Shown here: positions 23,615 to 37,056 of the stretch, piece after piece
How positions within the stretch are numbered: the first letter of the stretch is position 1
Layout: each line of letters opens with the position of its first letter
Source: Chiloscyllium plagiosum
Lineage: Eukaryota
Assembly: GCF_004010195.1 (NCBI RefSeq)
Contig: NC_057749.1
Coordinates: 8,247,451-8,311,450, forward strand
DNA length: 64,000 nucleotides
Direction: 5' to 3'
Notes under the pieces: model-generated
Database searches by the model: none
What the model was told of the DNA's origin: nothing
Seen by the model: only the letters and a program-made list of their open reading frames with translations
Position numbers and translations under genes: made by a program

Positions 23615-26574
23615 CTTGTTGTGTCCTATTTCAGTATCAAGTGTGCTCAGTGACCAAGGGTCTCAGGACGCTTCTTTTTATATATACAGAGGGAAGAGGA
23701 AATCCCATTCTCAAAAAGCTATTCAGGCAGGATCACTAAAAGCTTAAAACATACAATGGAAAATTCTCATTAGGACAAGCCAGGTCACTCATGTTAAGGT
23801 GCACGATCTAACTGGAATTGTGGAACAGACTCAATGGATTGACTGACCTCCTCCTGTCCATTTGTTCCTGATATTAGTAACTATCATTATGAGAATTTGA
23901 GAGAATTACAGAACTGTTTTTGTAGGGACATAAAAGTCCATGTATGCAGTCAGTAGATTACTTGTTTTTGTCAGTTTTATTGTACAAGGCAATTGTTCTG
24001 AAAGGGGTTCATGTTCACATTACATTTGCCCCATTACACTGATGTCCCACATAATCTGTGAATGGAGACAAGGGTTTCAACACTCGCTTTCAGAAGGAGC
24101 AAATATATGTGTACTAGCCCCAGTAGGTCCTAATAATTATGCCTGACTGAAATATAATTGTATTTCTGGCTAGGAGGCAAAAGAACACGTGACCTCAGGT
24201 CAGAGCCCTTTCTAAAGATATACTATGCTGGTGTGTCCTCCTTCACTGTTTATTAGGTAGGCTCAAGACACCATCGATACTTTGAAGGGTTGGTGACAGT
24301 TAACTCCCTCAGGCAACCCTTATCCAGTACCACAGGCTGGCAGAGGCGGCAAGCACTACAAGGTGCCCAGAGTGGTCATCTGGTAAAAGGCTGCAGTTGC
24401 TGTCCCCATGGTATTGACATTCCTTTTGATTTTCATCCTGCATCCTGCCAGATTTTCATTTATCCTTCAACTTGGAATTGTGATTCATTCTGTTGATCGC
24501 AGACTTGTGGAAAATGGGAGATGTTCAGGCTTCAGCCACACCGGCATGGCATGACGTTGTTGGCACTTTTGGTACCGTTCCTGAGAATGCAAAACTTTTG
24601 TTTGGTATGCCAATGTCTAATAGCCTTTGGCTATGGCAATACGTGAGATGCATGTGTGTCATGGGGGCTACAAGTGTGCAATTAAGAATGACTCTAGCAT
24701 GGACTAGTCTGTAGTGGTGGCTACAGATTGATTGAGGCACCACCCTCAGCATTTCTATCACGTTCTATTTGCCTCTTCCCTTTTGCCCGTGCCCCGCCTG
24801 AGGCCAAGTCTGATCAACCTTCTGTGAGTCAATAAGAAAATGTTTACTTTGCATTTTTTTGCATTGATTACAATTTTATTTGCTGCAAAGTTAGCAGGAG
24901 GGAACTGCAGTCTATAAAATTGGAATCTCTAAGTCAGATATAGTAGTTCAAATGCTGAACGCATCAGTATTGGTAACAAGAAATCCAGTTCTATGGTATT
25001 GATGGTTTCATTTCTTCCAGTGAACATTCTTATGGCTCAACAATATCTATCCACTTTTAAATCCTTAAAACTTCTCAAATTCCCATTGACATTTCCATTT
25101 TTAAAAGGGAATTGGATGAACAGTTGTGTGGGAAAATTGTGCGGGTCGATGAATTGTAGTGTAAAGGGTTAACTACAGATATAGCTGCTGAGGATATGCC
25201 TAAAGAGCTATGCCCCCTGAATGACAAATCACATCATACTGAGAGCTATTAGAGAAAAGTACTAACATAACCTAGCTTTAGCACGATTTTGTATATAGCT
25301 TAATAATTTATAAATGTTACTATATCACACTAGTAGGATGACCAGTCCCAGGCTTCGTGAAGTTGCCAGTAATGTTTATGTATGAATGATTTTGAATGAA
25401 TAAATGATTTTTTTTATTATCACATGCATTTAACATTGAGAAAAACAGTAAAATACAGTAAAAAGCTCTTCCACTGTTGCCATAAGAAAAGAAATAGAAA
25501 GCTATGGCTTAACAAGAACCATCAGTCGTAAACCAGCTCATCGTCAATGTCGTTTCTGCCCCCAATGCTCTTCCATCACCTTGCCTCCGCCTACACCAGA
25601 CCGAACTAACATTAAGTCGCCACTCTTCAGACACCATCTTTCACTCTCAACCGAAACTCCACCACCACCACCTCGTCGCTGATTGCACCAGGCCCACCGA
25701 CGTCAGAGTTGCAACTCTCGCTGCTGGACCCAACCCGTCGAGTTCACCGTGATGCCCTTACGCCACCAGCACCGCACCCAACCAACCTCAAAGTTGTCAG
25801 GCCCCTTTGTTCACCGATTCTGCTCTGCCACCACTTTGCCCAGCCTCATCACTGGACCCACCAAACAATGAAGTTGCCAATTCCCAAGCGCCATCTATTA
25901 CCGCTGGGCCTACATCACTGATGCCATCTCCGCCGTTGGGAAAGGACGAAGGTTAGGTAGGGTTACATCTTTTCTTAATAACTGACATCAGAGGCTAAAT
26001 GGCCTCCTTCTGCACTGCGTGACTCCTTACACCATCTAAATCTGCAACAAGAATTGTAAATGTGCGAATCAAGGAAGTTAAGGGGGAGACTCTGAACTTC
26101 CTGCCTAATGGCAATGATGAATTTGAGCCTTAATGGTGGTGGTATATAAATTACAGACCTGGTTTGGCCAGATGTTTGCCTGTCTCTGACTTCCTCTCTT
26201 TCTAAGTCAGCGATAGTCTCCACTACTATGCAAATTAAGCACATTTATTATAAATTGAATCCAAGGATTCACTGTAATGCATTAATAATACAGAATTCCC
26301 AAAATGTGGAAACAGGCCATTCAGCCAAACAAGTCCATGCCGAAGAGCATACCACCTGGACACACCCCCTACATTATCCCTATAACCCTGCATTTCCCAT
26401 CCGCCTAACCTACACATCCCTGCACACTATGTGTAATTTAGCATGGCCAATCCATCTAACCTGCACATTTTTTGATAATGTCCCTACCTCTGAGCTAGGA
26501 GGCCCATATTCACGTCCCACCTGCATCTGAGGTGTGTTATAACATCTCTGAACAGCGTGATTAGAAACAAACAT

Positions 26575-26892
26575 GGGCAGCACGGTGGCACAGTGGTTAG
26601 CACTGCTGCCTCACAGCGCCAGAGACCCGGGTTCAATTCCTGACTCAGGTGACTGACTGTGTGGAGTTTGCACATTCTCCCCGTGTCTGTGTGGGTTTCC
26701 TCCGGGTGCTCCGGTTTCCTCCCACAGTCCAAAGATGTGCACGTCAGGTGAATTGGCCATGCTAAATTGCCCGTAGTGTTAGGAAAAGGGGTAAATGTAG
26801 GGGAATGGATGGGTTACGCTTCAGCGGGTCGGTGTGGACTTGTTGGGCCGAAGGGCCTGTTTCCACACTGTAAGTAATCTAATCTAATCTAA
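26575..26892 (+). mobile_element. Near-intact young HE1 SINE
   Basis: A box TGGCACAGTGG, B box GGTTCAATTCC, retained CpGs, (TAATC)n tail, AAACAT on both sides. Confidence 0.95.
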
Positions 26893-26959
26893 AAACATAT
26901 ATAAGGAGGAGCCTGACTGGCATCTTGGGAACTTATATGTTGGAATGGCATTGTGAAAT

Positions 26960-27297
26960 TTCATAGAATCCCTATACAAGCCATTCAGCCCATCAAGTCT
27001 ACACTGACCCTCTGAAGAACTTCTCACTCAGACCCACCTTATCCTTATAACCATATATTTCCCATGGCTAACCCACGTAGCCTGCACATCCCTAGACACT
27101 ATGTGCAATTTAGCATAGCCAACCCACCCTAACCTGCACAGCTTTGGATAGTGGGAGAAAATTGAAGCACCTGGAGGAAACCCACAGAGACATGGGAATA
27201 ATGTGCAACTCCATAGAGTCGCCCGAGGGTGGAATCAAACCCGGGACCCTGGTGCTGTGAGCAGTAGTACTAACCACTGAGCCACCATGCCTCCCCA
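26960..27297 (-). mobile_element. HE1-type SINE
   Basis: Reverse complement of HE1 head/core. Confidence 0.9.
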
Positions 27298-28247
27298 CAC
27301 ACCTTCTGCTGTGACCGATCAGCTGTATTAGAATAGAGTCTCACTGGAAAGAGAAACAGGTTGCTTAAACTTGTCATTTTGAACTCAACAGGACAATAGC
27401 AAGAATGCCAAATTTCTAATGACCAGAAAAGTTTATACTACAGGACAAAAGAGGACTGATTGGTTGGCAAGCGTGGCTGTGATTGGCTGAGGTGTTGCCA
27501 TGGAGAAAGCAATAGACAACAGACCTTCCATTAGGCCAAGTGAGTGACCACTGGAGGGACAAAAGGAGTACATTCTTGATATTCCAGTGTTTCCCCAAGT
27601 CCTCAACCATCATGAGTTGAAGTCTAACACAAAAATCAGGATCATTTTGGCCAGTATTGAACTGTATAATATCAGTCAACATCAAATGTGTCTGACTCAC
27701 TTGATAAAGATGAGAACAAAAAAGTCTCTAATTTTCATTAGAAATATTAAATTAACTGTTGCAAATAATGACAGTATTTTATATTTAATATTAAGCAGTC
27801 ATTCCAGCTAAGATATTCTGATGTAAATCATCATATAATTGAATTACTTTGTGGAGATAAAATCACAGCAATAATAAAGAAGGTCGTACTGAAATCTTAT
27901 TAAGTTAATGTTATCACATTAGGAGCCAGTTACATAAATACATTTATCCAGATTATATGTTTACAGCAGAGATTACATTCTGACATCAGACCCAACAAGG
28001 CGGTTGTATATTAATTAGTTTCAAAGTGCCATGTAGAAATTCAGATGACAAAATAATATTTCACTTTCCTAACTCATTTCATCAAAGTTATGGCATTATC
28101 AATCATTTTGCCATTGCTGACCAGACCAGCTCATTAAAACACAAACCATTGGCTCTTAAGTCACAGTAAGTGGAAGGCTGGTAAGTCCTGAATTTTAGTC
28201 AGAATGTCTGAGCTAAAGTCAGGAGCGAAGCTCTGAAAGATTGCATC

Positions 28248-28970
28248 ATAGATTCATAGGATCATACAGATGCTTCAGTCTAACTTGTCCATGCTAAACA
28301 GATATCCTAAATTAATCTAGTCCCATTTGGTCCATATCCTTCCAAATGCTTTCTATTCACGTACCCATTCAGATGCCTTTTAAATGCTGTAATTGTACTA
28401 GCCTCCACCACTCCCTCTGGCAGCTTAATCCATACACACACTACCCTCCGCATGAAAAAGTTGCTCCTTAGGTTTCTTTTTATATCTTTCCCCCTTCACC
28501 TTAGAGCTATTCTCTCGAGATTTGGACTCCCCTACTCTGGGGAAAATACTTTGACGTGTCAGCCTATCCATGCCCCTCATGATTTGATAAACCTCTATAA
28601 GGTCACCTCTTGTCCTCCGATGCTCCAGGGAAAATAGCCCCAGCCTATTCAGCCTCTCCCTATACCTGAAATAATCCAAGCCTGGCAATACACTTGTAAA
28701 TCTTTTCTGTATCCTTTCAAGTTTAACATCTTTCTTGTAGCAGGGAGACCAGAACTGAATGCAGTATTCCAAGAGTGGCCTAACCAATGTCCTGGAGAAA
28801 GTGAGGACTGCAGATGCTGGCGATCAGAGCTGAAAATGTGTTGCTAGAAAAGCACAGCAGGTCAGGCAGCATCCAAGGAGCAGGAGTTTCGGGCATGAGC
28901 CCTTCTTCAGGAATGTCCTGTACCGTCAAAACATGAACTCCCAACTCCTATACTCAATGCACTGACCACA
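28248..28970 (-). mobile_element. HER1/CR1 LINE 3' fragment with Penelope-derived insert at 28795-28911
   Basis: VRPLLEYCIQFWSP..RLNRLGLFSLEHRRTRGDLIEVY; insert flanked by AATGTCCTG (28786-28794, 28912-28920). Confidence 0.9.
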
Positions 28971-29754
28971 TTGAGTAAGAGACTGGAGAGAAGTCTATCA
29001 AAGTCAAAGAGTGAATGAGGCAGATTGAAGAGTAATAAAGACAGTCAGGGAAAGATTGAAGACAATGATAACTGATAGAAATAAAAATACGTTATCTTAG
29101 GAATGATCAACATCAGCAAAAACGAGAATGTTGAGCATTAAGAAACAAATTGACAGGAAAATCAAAGGTGCTAAGATTGGAGGAGACAATCAAAATCAAG
29201 AAAGTTAACAAGTTTTAACTTTTCAGCCTGTTCACATTCATTGGTTTGATAAAACTCACTTTCACAACCACATCTTCTTCCTTAATGACTGACACTGGTT
29301 CTGGTTTACTCCACATGTATTCTAACTGATGTTCACTCCTTTGTGTTTCAAACCCACCCAAGATTACAGGTATCTCTGAAACAAACAACGTTGCTCAGAC
29401 AGCTGTTCCCACTGCATCCTGAATCCCAGAATCAGTGCTAAGATCCACCACATGCACACTCTCAAGCTCTTTCTCCAGCAACACTGCCTCACATTATCTC
29501 AGAGCTGCCCTGGTTCCCAGTTCCATTTAATTTTCATCTCATTCGATGTCCAATCTAGAAACTGTTTCTCCTCCTTTAAAGTGTTGGGGGAGTTCTGAAC
29601 TAGCGCCTTTGGACTTGAAAACTTAAATCGGCCTGTCTCTCTCTCTCTTTCTCTCTCCATGGATGCTACCCGACCTGTTGAGTTTCGCCAACATTTTTTT
29701 TGCTTTCATTTCAGGTTTCCAGCATCTGCGGCATTTTATTTATAATCATGATCA

Positions 29755-30040
29755 AAGAATCCCTGCTGTGTGGAAAGAGATCATTTGGACCATCAAGTCT
29801 GCACCAACCCTCCAAAGAGCATTCCATCCAGACACACCGTCCCCTTCCCCTATACCATAACCCTGCATTTCCCATGGCCAATCCACCTAACCTGCACATC
29901 TTCAGACTGTGGGAGAAACCTGGAGGAAACCCACACAGACACAGGGAGAATGTGCAAACTCCACACGGACAGTCACCCGAGGCTGGAATCGAACCTGAGG
30001 CCCAGGTGCTCTGAGTTAGCAATACTAACCACTGAGTCAC
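29755..30040 (-). mobile_element. HE1-type SINE, preceded by a decayed Penelope family-B element (~29590-29740)
   Basis: Shared motifs with other copies in the window. Confidence 0.88.
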
Positions 30041-31412
30041 CCCTTTTGGATGGAATTGGACTTTCAGGGGTCAATGTGTGATGTAGTCATTCTATGCTAT
30101 GTCCTTGCAAAAATACAAGAAGACTAGCAAAGAAACATTTAGACGCACATCAGTGTTAGAGGTTCACTATTATTGTTGAAAGGAAACCCTGAATGATATC
30201 AGTTCAAATATCCTTCTTTGATTCCAAATATGAAAAATTATTGTTGATCAAATAGTCTGTAATAATTTAAGGATCTACAGCTGATGATGTTATGTCATTT
30301 TTAATTTATATTATAAAGTATAATGTATTCTTGTGTCAGCAGTGGGTGACTGTTTGTCTAGTTTGAAGTACTGTATACCAAGATTTGACAGCATAAATCT
30401 ACTTTAGTTTGTATAAGATGTGGGCACTGCTTCCCATTGCCGTCCCCAATTACTCTTCAGAAGTCACACTGCAGTTCGTGTGGCGTGAGTAGGGCCTACA
30501 ATTTTAGGGAGGGGAGCTCCAGGATTTTGACCCAGCCTCAGCAAAGGAACATCGATATACAGCACACTTTTTTATTAACTGGCATCTATGGGGCAAGGAA
30601 TGTGCTGGTTGCTCAAATATTCCGAATAGTCAAGAAATAGTCATCGCCACAATAAACTCTGACCAAGCGAAGCTTCAAGACATGAACATCACTCAAAAAA
30701 CTCTGCATTAAAAACATCAAAACAATTCCTAAAATCGATGTGAAAACACACAGTAAGTATTAGAAAGATAATGCATGGGGACATCAACATTACTGTTGTA
30801 CTGTATTTAGAGTATAAATACTCGGACATCGCTGTAGATCACTGTATCTGAGAGTTTTGCCAGTTTATCAAGAGTTGGTTAATTAAGAGGCCGATTGAAG
30901 CAAAGTTTGCTGTCACTCCAAGTCTGAATAATATGTGACTTTAAGGGGTATTTATAGTGAGGTAGCTCTCCCATGAGACTGCTGCCCTCATTCTACAAGG
31001 TGGAAGAGATTGCCAAAATGGGAGGTGCTGTCAAATCAGCTTGAGAGACTCGCTGCTCTATCTCGCATAGATTGCTGACCAGACCAATCAATGAATGTGC
31101 TCTAACACTCTGTGCTTGATTTTCATAATATCACTCAACATGCAAAAATATTGTTGCATGGTGTTGAGCACAGTTCTGGTCTCCATATTGCAAGAAGAAT
31201 ATAAATGTATCGGAGAAGCTGTAACAAAGGTTTACAAGAATGATATCACAATTGAATGGTTATATAAACAACAAAAAAAAACTGTAGAAGCCTGACTCAC
31301 TTTCGAAAAATGAAAGCTGACAACCTAATTTTAAAGCTATAAAGAGGTTTGATAGCGTAGACATGGATCGCAAGTCTCTAACTTGAGGCACACTCAAATG
31401 GTATGGGCTAGC

Positions 31413-31705
31413 AGATTAGATTAGACTCCCTATGTATGGAAACAGGTCCTTTGGCCCAACAAGTCCACACCGACCCACCAAATAGTAACCCATCCCCAAC
31501 ATTTACCCCTGACTAGGGAACCTAACACTATGGGCAATTTAGTATGGCCAATTCACCTAACCTGCACATCTTTGGATTGTGGGAGGAAATCCACGCAGAC
31601 ATAGGGAGAACATGCAAACTCCACACAGACAGTCACCCGAGGCTGGAATCAAACTAATGTCCCTGGCGCTGTGAGGTAGCAGTGGTAACTGAGTCACTGT
31701 ACCGC
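31413..31705 (-). mobile_element. HE1-type SINE
   Basis: (GATTA)n tail and reverse-complement core. Confidence 0.9.
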
Positions 31706-31942
31706 TCTATCTAATCTAGCGATACAAGATAGCCACACATAAGCAAATTGTAGAGTTCAGGTTGAACATGTTACCCAGAGATTGGTTAGATGTAGAATTC
31801 ACTATTACATTGAGTAGTTGAGGTGAATAGCATTTAAGAGGAGGCTGGATAAACACATGAGGGTGAAAGAGTTATGAGGAGAAGCAGATTTGTTGAGATG
31901 AAACCAAGGGGGAAGGGGGTCATGAAGACAAACCATGAAAAT

Positions 31943-32585
31943 AGAGTTATATAGCACGGAAAGAGACCCATCAGTCAAACCAGTCCATGCCAAACATACT
32001 GGAGATAGTAAGAACTGCAGATGCTAGAGTCCGATTGGATAGAGATGAGCTAGAAAAAGCACAGCAAGTCGAGCAACATCAGAGGAGAGGAGTCAATGTT
32101 TCAGGTCAGAATCTCATCAGGACTGAAGGAAGATTCTGACCTGAAATGTCAACACACTTCCTCCTCTGCTGCTGCTCGACCTGCTGTGCTTTTTCCAGCT
32201 AAATTCTCTATCCTCGCCAAACATAATCCCAAACTAATCCAGTCCCACCTGCCTGCCCCTGGCCCATATTCCTCTGAACATTTCATATTCATGTACTTTT
32301 CCAAATATCTTTTAAATGTTGTAATTTATACCCACAACCATCTCTTTCTCAGGAAGTTAATTTCACACACGAACCACTGTCTGTGCCCCTCACGTATTTT
32401 TTAAATCTCTCCCCTTTCATCTTAAAAATGTGCCCCCAATCTTTAAATCCCCCATCCTAGGGAAAGGACGACTACCATTAATCCCTCATCATTTTATTAA
32501 CTTATATAAGGTCAGCCCTCAACCTCCTACGCTCCAGAGAAAATAGTCCCAGCTTATACGGGCTTTCCTTGTAACTCAAACCATG
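31943..32585 (-). mobile_element. HER1/CR1 3' fragment containing an inverted Penelope-derived pair (~32000-32214)
   Basis: LGLFSLERRRLRADLI; insert flanked by GCCAAACATA on both sides. Confidence 0.8.
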
Positions 32586-32945
32586 AACATGGTTCAGATC
32601 TGTTGAGTTCACAGCTTTGTTTCCTTGCCATAATTCTGTGACACACAGAGGTTCAGACAGCATGATAGAGAGACAAGCTGCATCTTCTCTTTTAACACCT
32701 CTCTCCTCAGTATCTGAGGTCCTAGATGCTCCTAGCAGGTAGAAAAGTGGTTTACATGCACTTTGTTTAATGCAGTGGAGTACTACCACTCTAGGTGTAC
32801 AAGAGTTTTGTAGGGCATCTCCTCTCCAGCCTCAAGAATGACTCGAAGATTCCAGTCACCTGACAGTTCAATCCTCCATGTTGCTCAGACTCTGACCTCA
32901 CTGTCCTTGGATTGCTTCTGTGCTCCAATGAAACTCAAAAAATAA

Positions 32946-33244
32946 GCACTGCTGCCTCACAGTGCCAGGGATCTGGCTCAAGTCCAGTGTCAGGTGACTG
33001 TCTGTGTGGAGTTTGCACATTCTCCCCGTGTCTGCATGGATTTCCTCCGAGTGCTCCAGTTTCCAAAGATCAGGTGAATTGGCCATGCTAAATTGCCCGC
33101 AGCGTTAGATGCATTAGTCAGAGGGAAATGTGTCTGGGTGGGTTCCTCTTCAGAGTGTCGGTGTAGACCTTTTGAGCCAATGGGCCTGTTTCCTCACTGT
33201 AGGGAATCTAATCTAATCTAATCTAATCTAATCTAATCTAATCT
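32946..33244 (+). mobile_element. HE1-type SINE with (AATCT)n tail
   Basis: Core motifs and tail. Confidence 0.9.
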
Positions 33245-33580
33245 TAGGATGAGGTGCTTTTCTTTGCAACATTGAGCTCAATTTCCAGAATGGAACTCTG
33301 TCAACATGTTGTTTTTTACTATTTATGTGTTATTTTTGATTTTAATGTCTTTTCTTTATGCTTTTGGACAACAGCCAATCCTTTTAGCCTTGTACCACCC
33401 TATTCCCATTGAAGCTTTCCTGGCTTCTACCAATCACTGATGCCCCCCCCCCCTCCCCTTTTGTTCTTTATCAAACCCTCCCCCATCTGAGTTGTGTAAA
33501 ACCCGTGACATTCCTAAACTTTCCTAGCTCTGGTGAGAGGTGATCGATCTAAAGCATTAAATCTGCTTCTCTCTCCCTAA

Positions 33581-33678
33581 TTAAGAATCACACAACACCA
33601 GGTTATAGTCCAACAGGTGTTGTGTGATTCTTAACTTTGCCCACCCCAGTCCAACACTGGCACCTCAACATCATCATC
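33581..33678. mobile_element. Penelope-derived family-C hairpin fragment nested in a decayed family-B element
   Basis: Perfect 19-bp stem TTAAGAATCACACAACACC / GGTGTTGTGTGATTCTTAA, CCCCAGTCCAACAC tail, CTCTCC on both sides. Confidence 0.7.
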
Positions 33679-34834
33679 GCTCTCCATACTTTCTACCTGA
33701 CATTCAGAGCACTTACAAAATTTTCTCCTTTGATAAACACAGCGACAAATACAGATACAGATACAAATTCTAAGACCTGATTCCATTGATACAGGAAGCA
33801 GCAGAGGGGGAGTCATAGGTGCAGGAAGTTACATTGGAAATGCGCTCCATGCAATATTTGGGGCATTGTTAAACCACATCAGTGAATGTAATTGCTAAGG
33901 TACAAATTGGATATGCAGGTGAGACTGGAAGAGCTATCACCTGGAGTCACAATTTTAATCTAGTTTAACTTAAATTTTGGAATAATTACTCGGCTTAGAC
34001 GAATATTATCTTAAACTGCAGGATGTGACCTTTATTTCAATACAGTGGGAAATTAAAAGTACTCATTTAATATTCAGCCCTCAGGATTTCTCAGTAAGGA
34101 GTGAATTTTGGCACGTTGCTTCACACGTTTTCTTCTTGAAGTTGCTACGCTGATTCATCGAAAAAAACCCAGACACAATTCTAGGGCTTTAGTTTTAAGC
34201 TTGTTCTCAAAGTTAATGACTAATTGGAAAACTTCACTTAAAAAAATCTACCAAGAAATGATGATTTGTGAGGTTGGTTTGAACCCCACTGCATATATTT
34301 TTCTCAATTCTTTTTTAGAAAATCGATACTGTTTATTAGTTCGCTAACCGCTCCTCACTCTGAGCTAACTAGCCCATGTCTGAAGTCAAAGATTAAATCT
34401 TGCCATTTTCCAATTAAATTGCTCATGCAGATAAAGGGGAGAAAGCTATATAATTGATTGTACTGTTGAATTATGCCTCTGGTACTTTGTCAGTACACCT
34501 TTAGCCTGTGTCATAATTGCCATGTGACCTGTTGGCAAAAGGATCTTAACCCACATCATAAAATCATGTGGTTCAGAAAAGGCCACACAGTCCAAGTCTA
34601 CACTATCAAAAACTTCATTGCTACCTACACTGTCCCATTTGCCCACACTAGGCCCACAGTCTTCAACGTTATGATGCCTCAAGGGCCAACCAAGTAGTTT
34701 TTAAAAGTTTTGAAGTTTTCCATATCAACTACCCTCCCAGGCAAGGCATTTCAGACAACCCATCATTCTCTGGGTGAAAAGGTTTTACCTCAACTCCTCA
34801 CAAACCCTCCTTCATTCTAAAAGTAAAGAAAAAT

Positions 34835-35260
34835 GGGGTGGCGTGGTGGCTCAGTGGTTAGCAATGCTGCCTCACAGTGCCAGGGACCCAGGTTCTATTG
34901 CATCTTCGGGTGACTGTCTGTGTGGAGTTTGCCCATTCTCTGCGTGGATTTCCTCCACGTGCTCCGCTTTCCTCCTACAGTCCAAAGTTGAGCAGGTTAG
35001 GTGAATTAGCCACGCTATAGTGTTCAGGGATGTGTAAGTTAGGTGCATTGGGGTCAAGATTAGAGTGGTGCTGGAAAAGCACAGCAGGTAAGGAAGCATC
35101 TGAGGAGCAGGAAAATCGATGTTTTGGGCAAAAGTCCTTCATCAGGAATGAGTCTGGGTAAATATAGGATGGGGGAATGGGTCTGGGTAAGTTACTGTTT
35201 GGAGGCTCGGTGGGGACCTGTTGGGCCAAAGGGCCTGTTTCCACACTGTAGGGACTCTAG
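34835..35260 (+). mobile_element. HE1 SINE containing a minus-strand Penelope family-A insert (~35053-35150), itself within a CR1 fragment
   Basis: HE1 motifs resume after the insert. Confidence 0.85.
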
Positions 35261-36106
35261 CTAAAAAAAATTATATAAAAGCTTTCCACCTTATTCTTGC
35301 CCCCTCAACTGAGGGATACAGCTGTTTTCTATCCACCCTGTCCATACTCCTCATAATTTTATACACCTCTACCAGCTCCCACTTCAGTCAATTCTACTCT
35401 AAAGAAAACAACCTATCTGGTCTCTCTTCTAAAATGGTCCACCCCGGCAACATCCTGCTGAACTTCCTTTGCACTCCCTCCAGTGCAATCACACCCTTGA
35501 AGATGCTCTGAGAAATATCCTGCTCCTGTTGCTCTAATTGCTCAATGTTAGCCCAGTCACTGATGCGCCAGTGAATTTATCATTGCATACAGTGCTTGGC
35601 TGTAATGTATGTCCTTTGAATGCTTCAACAGCATGGCATCCACTCCCAGTTGCTAAAACACCAGCATATTTGCAGCAGGTAAAATATCAGAGGCAGAATT
35701 ATATCATGAACCATTTCTCAACACCAGCTTGGAGGTTGTGGAGTGACAAAGGGGCCTAGTGTTTCATGGTCCATAATGGGCAACAATGGACATGCTCACA
35801 ACCTTCTGTCGTTGGAGTGTCTGTGAGTTCCCAATGCATTAGTCCAATGAGCAAGCTTACTCACTATTACGATTCCAAAGGAAGAATGAAAGAAAATCTT
35901 CTTAAGAACTTTTGTATTTGTTCTAAATTTGAGAACATGTATAAAAACAGAATTCCAAACACTTCCAAACTCAATTGGAAAGAGGATGCCAGGTACACCA
36001 CGAGCATGCATAGATTCAAAAGGCCCCACATGGGCTTTCTATTTCTGTAGTGATTGCTCATCCAGTCACATGTGCCCTGCCTGAGGGAGGATGCATTCTT
36101 ATTAAT

Positions 36107-37056
36107 TCATTTATTTATTGTCACATATATTTTGTTACAAAATACAGTGAAAAGTGTTGTATAGTGTGGCCACATTAAAACACTGAAAAACAAACCAAAA
36201 CACAGAATATAAAGGCAAAAAAAAAAGAAATAAAGCAAGTGCCCAACTTTACAATCCTTCTTGTGAAGTGCTCTGCCATTGGCCATAGGCCTGGTGGTCA
36301 GGCACGAGTCTCTTCGCCATGCTGCCGCTGGAGACAAAGTCACCCGGTCATTGGCACCATCTCATCTCCACCGACGCCCTCCCCACTACGTGTCCTCGCT
36401 GGAGCTCACCAATGCTAACATCACTGATGTTGCTGAGGTCCACACAGGCCCAAACACGATTCCACTGCCGCCGAGACTCCTTGCTCTGGGCCCACTTAAG
36501 CTGATGCTACTGGGCCCATACGAGTGCATGCAGCTAGGCCCACTACAGTCCGTGCTGCTGGGCCCACTCCAGTCCATGCTGCTGGGCCCACTCCAGTCCT
36601 CACTGCTGGGCCCACTCCAGTCCGTGCTGCTGGGCCCATTGAGTCCAAGCTGCTGGGCCTACTTGAGTCTGCGCTGCTGGGCCTACTTGAGTCTGCGCTG
36701 CTGGACCCTCTCGAATCCTCGTTGCTGGACCCACTCCAGTCCTCACTGCTGGGCCCACTCCAGTCCGTGCTGCTGGACCCATTGAGTCTGCGTTGCTGAG
36801 CCCACTCGAGTCTGCTTCTACTTGAGTCACATGGCTGGGCCCACTCCAGTCCATGCTGCTGGGCCCATCGAGTCATGCTGGGCCCACTCAAATGAACGCT
36901 GCTGGGCCCACTAACCAACACCAAATGCCGCTGCTATTGAGACCTTCACCAAGAAGTATGTAAAATAAAATAGAATACAGAAAAAAAGGAAAGAAACAAA
37001 AAGTTGTCAGAGCAGACGAACCACAGGCTCAGAAGCCATACTCCACTGCCATCTTA
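36107..37056 (-). mobile_element. Unclassified non-autonomous element, same family as 12845-13647
   Basis: Reverse complement starts TAAGATGGCAGTGGAG and ends GACAATAAATAAAT; shared AGGCC.A.GGCCAATGG..GAGCACTT.A.AAGAAGGA.TGTAAAGT block. Confidence 0.65.
36486..36912. repeat. 24-bp GC-rich minisatellite (GCTGCTGGGCCCACTCCAGTCCGT-like, ~17 units)
   Basis: Direct reading; LLGPLQSV repeats in translation. Confidence 0.92.

Noticed and set aside
26575..26650. tRNA-like A/B boxes in HE1 heads
   Set aside because: SINE heads that continue into SINE body; not tRNA genes
30560..30805. TA-CAG...CTG-TA segment splitting a CR1 tail, possible Tigger fragment
   Set aside because: Termini match over only a few bases; cannot be supported without a library search
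35766..36050. 94-aa ORF in unique-looking sequence
   Set aside because: No recognisable domain or splice context; length is within chance expectation
36279..36924. Overlapping ORFs with 8-aa repeats; CRISPR-like periodicity
   Set aside because: 24-bp minisatellite with contiguous units and no unique spacers; eukaryotic context
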